This document shows, piece by piece, positions 60,436-64,000 of a DNA stretch of 64,000 nucleotides. Under the pieces are notes generated by a model. That model made no database searches. It was not told the DNA's origin and saw only the letters and a list, made by a program, of their open reading frames with translations. This DNA is from Candidatus Magasanikbacteria bacterium CG10_big_fil_rev_8_21_14_0_10_47_10 (GTDB lineage Bacteria > Patescibacteriota > Patescibacteriia > Magasanikbacterales > UBA922). The translations under genes were made by a program, and so were the position numbers. Position 1 is the stretch's first letter; the number at the start of each line of letters is the position of its first letter. The stretch is taken from contig PFCB01000022.1 of the NCBI GenBank assembly GCA_002773135.1, forward strand, positions 7,591 through 71,590. The letters are read 5' to 3'.

Positions 60436-63378
60436 ATGGCCGAGCGATCACTCAATGAGAACCAAAGAAAAGCCGTGGAGCACACAGGCGGGCCCCTTTT
60501 GATTGTAGCCGGCGCAGGCACCGGCAAAACCACTGTTATTTCCCAAAAAATAGCGCATTTGATCAGCGAGCAGGGCGTAGGGCCGGAACACATACTGGCC
60601 ATGACCTTTACCGACAAGGCGGCTGGGGAGATGGACAAGCGGGTGTCGTCTCTCGTTGACATCGGCTACGCAGATCTGCATATCTCCACATTTCACGCGT
60701 TCTGCCAGCGGCTCCTGGAGCAGTACGCGCTTGATATTGGCCTGCCGAATCGATTCCGCGTGCTGACACAAACCGATGCCTGGCTCCTTGTTCGGGATCA
60801 TATATACGAATTTGACCTAGACTACTACAGACCCTTGGGCAATCCAGGCGCGCACATTCATGAACTTATTCGTCACTTTTCCAAATGCAAGGACGAGCTA
60901 ATTACACCCGACGCGTATCTGGCATACGCGGAGTCGGTCAAACTAGACAACGATGACGTGCACACAGACGAAAAAAACCGTTTGACTGAAGTCGCAAACG
61001 CGTACCACATTTACAACCAACTTTTATTGAAAAAAAGCGCACTTGATTTTGGTGATCTTATATTTCATGCGGTGCGCTTACTCAGGGAGCGGCCCGCACT
61101 CCTCGCCGATCTCAAAAAGAAATATACGCATATTTTGGTTGATGAATTTCAAGACGTGAATTGGTCGCAGTATGAGTTGGTTCGGATGCTCACCAATAAA
61201 GACTCGGCGCTAACAGTCGTGGGGGATGATGATCAGAGCATTTACGCGTTTCGTGGCGCGTCTGTTTCAAATATTCTGCGCTTTAAGGAGGATTTCCCGA
61301 GCGCCAAGGAGGTTGTGCTGAATATAAATTACCGTTCAGGCCAAGAAATACTTGATGCCGCGTACACGCTTGTACAGCACAATAATCCGGACCGACTTGA
61401 GGTAAAATTGCGGCTGCCCAAGGCGCTCACTTCCGCGACAGAATCAACATCCACGGTAGCGCATCGTCACTATCCAACACTGGAGGAAGAAATTGCCGGC
61501 GTTGTCACAAAACTATGCGAGACCAAAAAGCAGAGCAGCAGTGCGGTGTGGGATGATTTTGCTATCCTGGTGCGGGCAAACAGCTACGCTGATCCATGCA
61601 TGCGAGCGCTTGAGGGTGCCGGTGTTCCCTATGAATTTTTGTCTTCCAGTGGTCTGTACCGTCAGCCCATTGTGATGGATTGTATTAACTTTTTTAAGGC
61701 GATTGAAAATCATTTTGACGCCACAGCACTGTACAGACTGATGACCATGCCCGCCCTCAATATGGATGCAGCTGATGTACATGCTATTGTGCAGAGTGCA
61801 AAAAAAAAGGCGTCTTCCTATTTTTCTATTCTCGAACACCCCCAGCACTATGCATTGAGCCAGGATGGCACGGCCAAGGCATTACTCCTGCACTCCTGTA
61901 TCATTCATGGACGTGAAGCAGCACTAAAGCGCAACCCGACAACTGTCTTATACCAATTTTTAGATGGGAGTGGTTATCTTTCGTACCTCGCGCGTGAAGA
62001 GAATCAAGGGAATCACGCAGTCTTGCGAAGTATTTATCACTTGAAACAATTTTTTGACTCAATTCAGGCCTTTGAAACGGCCCAGCCCGGTGCCACGGTG
62101 CATAGTCTCATCGAGCACCTCCTCTATAGCATGGAGGCGGGAGACGAAGGGAAACTGTACCAGCCGGACGATACACCGGACTCAGTGAACATACTCACTA
62201 TTCACGGCGCAAAAGGTCTTGAGTTTGACCATGTTTTTGTCGTCAATATGGTAGAAGATCGTTTCCCGTCTCGACGACGGTCTGATGCGATTGAGCTACC
62301 GCTTGCCCTTGTGAACGAGCAGTTGCCGGAGGGGGACTATCACTATCAGGAGGAACGGCGCCTCTGCTATGTGGCAATGACACGCGCGCGAAAAAATTTA
62401 TTTCTAACAAGCGCGGATGATTATGGCGGTGTCCGAAAGAAAAAAGTCAGTCGGTTTGTAGTGGAAAGTGGACTGCAGGCAACGAACCTTGGACAACAAC
62501 CCAAAAAGTCGGAGTCCCTTGCGGTTACCCGCGATCAGATGCCGACAGATAGAGGCTCATCAGGTGTCGACCACCTTTACCCTCTACCGAAAATGTTCTC
62601 GTTTTCACAAATACGAAGTTATGACACATGCCCATACCAGTACAAACTCGCGCATGTGCTCAAGATTCCTTTTCGCGGCTCCGCGAGCTTTAGCTTTGGC
62701 AATAGCATACACAACACCCTGCAACACTTTTATGAGCGAGTGCGGCAGCTCAACGAGGCCAAGCAATCTTCTCTGTTTGAGGCGACAACAACGCCGTCAC
62801 AGACGGATGAGATCCTGGTACCGGAGCTCAAAGAACTTTTAACGCTCTACGATGAAGCATGGATAGGAGACTGGTACGAGAGCAAGCGTCAAAAGGAGGA
62901 TTACTATAAAAAGGGAAAAGATATTCTTAAAATATTTTATTCGACAAATGAAAGTCACTGGACAATTCCCATTGCAATTGAAGGCAGCTTTAAAATTAAA
63001 GTGGGGCCGTATACTGTTACCGGAAAGATGGATCGCGTCGACGCGACCGGTGACGGGCTGCACATCATTGACTACAAAACAGGCAAGGGCAAAGAAAAAG
63101 TTGCCGGTGATGACAAAGATCAGCTCCTGATGTATCAAATAGCGGCACAGACACTGCCGCAGTACGCACATCATGGAACTGTTTCAAAGCTGACCTTTTA
63201 CTATATAAATGATAATATACAAACATCCTTTATTGGCAAGAGCAAGGAACTTGAAAAAATGCAAGAAAAAATGAAAAAAGTACTTGATCGAATACATACC
63301 CGAGAATTTGCACCGACACCATCCCAGTTCGTCTGCGCGCGCTGCGATTTTCGAGATATTTGTGAATTCAGAAAATAA
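60436..63378 (+). CDS. UvrD/PcrA-like superfamily I helicase fused to a C-terminal Cas4/AddB-like PD-(D/E)XK nuclease with a 4-Cys cluster
   Basis: Walker A AGAGTGKTTV and UvrD helicase motifs. The C-terminus has YDTCPYQYKL...DYKTGK...CARCDFRDICEF (one Cys, then three Cys). Confidence 0.85.
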   Translation: MAERSLNENQRKAVEHTGGPLLIVAGAGTGKTTVISQKIAHLISEQGVGPEHILAMTFTDKAAGEMDKRVSSLVDIGYADLHISTFHAFCQRLLEQYALDIGLPNRFRVLTQTDAWLLVRDHIYEFDLDYYRPLGNPGAHIHELIRHFSKCKDELITPDAYLAYAESVKLDNDDVHTDEKNRLTEVANAYHIYNQLLLKKSALDFGDLIFHAVRLLRERPALLADLKKKYTHILVDEFQDVNWSQYELVRMLTNKDSALTVVGDDDQSIYAFRGASVSNILRFKEDFPSAKEVVLNINYRSGQEILDAAYTLVQHNNPDRLEVKLRLPKALTSATESTSTVAHRHYPTLEEEIAGVVTKLCETKKQSSSAVWDDFAILVRANSYADPCMRALEGAGVPYEFLSSSGLYRQPIVMDCINFFKAIENHFDATALYRLMTMPALNMDAADVHAIVQSAKKKASSYFSILEHPQHYALSQDGTAKALLLHSCIIHGREAALKRNPTTVLYQFLDGSGYLSYLAREENQGNHAVLRSIYHLKQFFDSIQAFETAQPGATVHSLIEHLLYSMEAGDEGKLYQPDDTPDSVNILTIHGAKGLEFDHVFVVNMVEDRFPSRRRSDAIELPLALVNEQLPEGDYHYQEERRLCYVAMTRARKNLFLTSADDYGGVRKKKVSRFVVESGLQATNLGQQPKKSESLAVTRDQMPTDRGSSGVDHLYPLPKMFSFSQIRSYDTCPYQYKLAHVLKIPFRGSASFSFGNSIHNTLQHFYERVRQLNEAKQSSLFEATTTPSQTDEILVPELKELLTLYDEAWIGDWYESKRQKEDYYKKGKDILKIFYSTNESHWTIPIAIEGSFKIKVGPYTVTGKMDRVDATGDGLHIIDYKTGKGKEKVAGDDKDQLLMYQIAAQTLPQYAHHGTVSKLTFYYINDNIQTSFIGKSKELEKMQEKMKKVLDRIHTREFAPTPSQFVCARCDFRDICEFRK

Positions 63379-63464
63379 AAAAACCCCGACGATTCAGGAT
63401 CTTTTCAATGCTCCCGAGGGTCTCCAGGCCTCGGGGTAGGTGGTGGGACGCGATCAGAGATCGC

Positions 63465-64000
63465 CTAGCACGGAAGTGCGGCCCGTTCATAGCTATACGG
63501 CCAAGGAATGTCCAGCCGATCAAAGATATCGTGCCAGTTCCCGGCGACCATGATACCGTCCGGCACCGCGGGCGTGTCCGCGTCACAGGCGTCGTCTTCG
63601 AGAATGAAGGGACGGCGGCCGTACATGACGCGCTTGAGCTGCAGCATGCCAATGCCGGTCAGATCCGGCAGGCGTGCCGACACAAGCGCGCTCAGCCCCT
63701 GCTGCCGCACCACAGTGTCGGTCACCGCCGTCCCGCTGAAGCAGACCACATTCCGCGCCGACAGCTTGCAGTCGGCTAGCAGATGCAGCTCACCCAGCGT
63801 CGCCCCCAGGTCAAGAGCGACCCGCATGGCGTTGCCGCGGTTCATGGCGTTCATCTGCTCGATGGGCGCGAGGAGACGGACGTTATCCGGCCCCAACCGC
63901 TCCACCAGTCGGCGCAGTGGCATGTGGCACCGTCCGCTGCGGACCGCGTCCCTGTACGGATGCGACCCTCTGCCGTCCGTCGCAAGAAGCAGCCCGGGCA
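63465..64000 (-). CDS. GC-rich hypothetical protein, N-terminus beyond the window
   Basis: The minus-strand frame stays open to the window edge (...PGLLLATDGRGSHPYRDAVRSGRCHMPLRRLVERLG...GNWHDIFDRLDIPWPYS*). GC is about 65%. There is a vague resemblance to metallophosphoesterases. Partial gene. Confidence 0.35.
   Translation of the reverse strand, partial: PGLLLATDGRGSHPYRDAVRSGRCHMPLRRLVERLGPDNVRLLAPIEQMNAMNRGNAMRVALDLGATLGELHLLADCKLSARNVVCFSGTAVTDTVVRQQGLSALVSARLPDLTGIGMLQLKRVMYGRRPFILEDDACDADTPAVPDGIMVAGNWHDIFDRLDIPWPYSYERAALPC

Overview
The window is a gene-dense, low-GC (roughly 45-48%) bacterial chromosome segment made almost entirely of housekeeping genes. The small-genome style, short HrcA and UvrA, a SWIB-domain gene, a DM13-domain gene, many ATGA start/stop overlaps and weak Shine-Dalgarno sites are consistent with a CPR/Patescibacteria-like organism. 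That placement is inference only. Identifiable content, in order: an SPFH-domain gene; a CIRCE-controlled hrcA-grpE-hsp20-dnaK-[DM13]-dnaJ heat-shock cluster; a minus-strand recJ-rnhA pair and lepA; a minus-strand corA-murJ(-lepA) run; a beta-CASP/MBL RNase; uvrB, a SanA/DUF218 gene and uvrA; a HlyD-ABC-FtsX-FtsX efflux cluster; a cell-envelope and glycosylation block (sugar transferase, a secreted Ca-binding-repeat protein, an S8 subtilase, a UXS-like epimerase, a GT2 with DUF2304, two GT4 glycosyltransferases, a YtxH-like gene, tRNA-Gln and a C39-like peptidase); dnaX; a SWIB gene; a minus-strand operon encoding a VirD4/TraG-like type IV coupling ATPase with two unknown proteins; metG and tatD; a complete F1F0 ATP synthase operon with a cyclophilin gene inserted between atpD and atpC and a G12 tract upstream of it; a fused ABC exporter; a flavodoxin-like FMN reductase; and a UvrD-like helicase fused to a Cas4-like nuclease. 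No CRISPR array, transposase or rRNA was found. The most unusual feature is a recurring set of small GC- and GC3-rich islands, each with its own signals, lying between ordinary genes. These are: a membrane-anchored gene at 6386-6862; a roughly 1.1 kb island at 15813-16900 carrying a rhodanese-like gene remnant, a promoter-to-terminator bounded hairpin-rich candidate ncRNA of about 310 nt, and a 2-TM small protein; a wHTH gene at 48297-48620; a 28-aa peptide with 9 Cys just upstream of the ABC exporter; and a partial gene at the window's right edge. All coordinates were derived by hand from the printed sequence and may be off by 1-2 nt.
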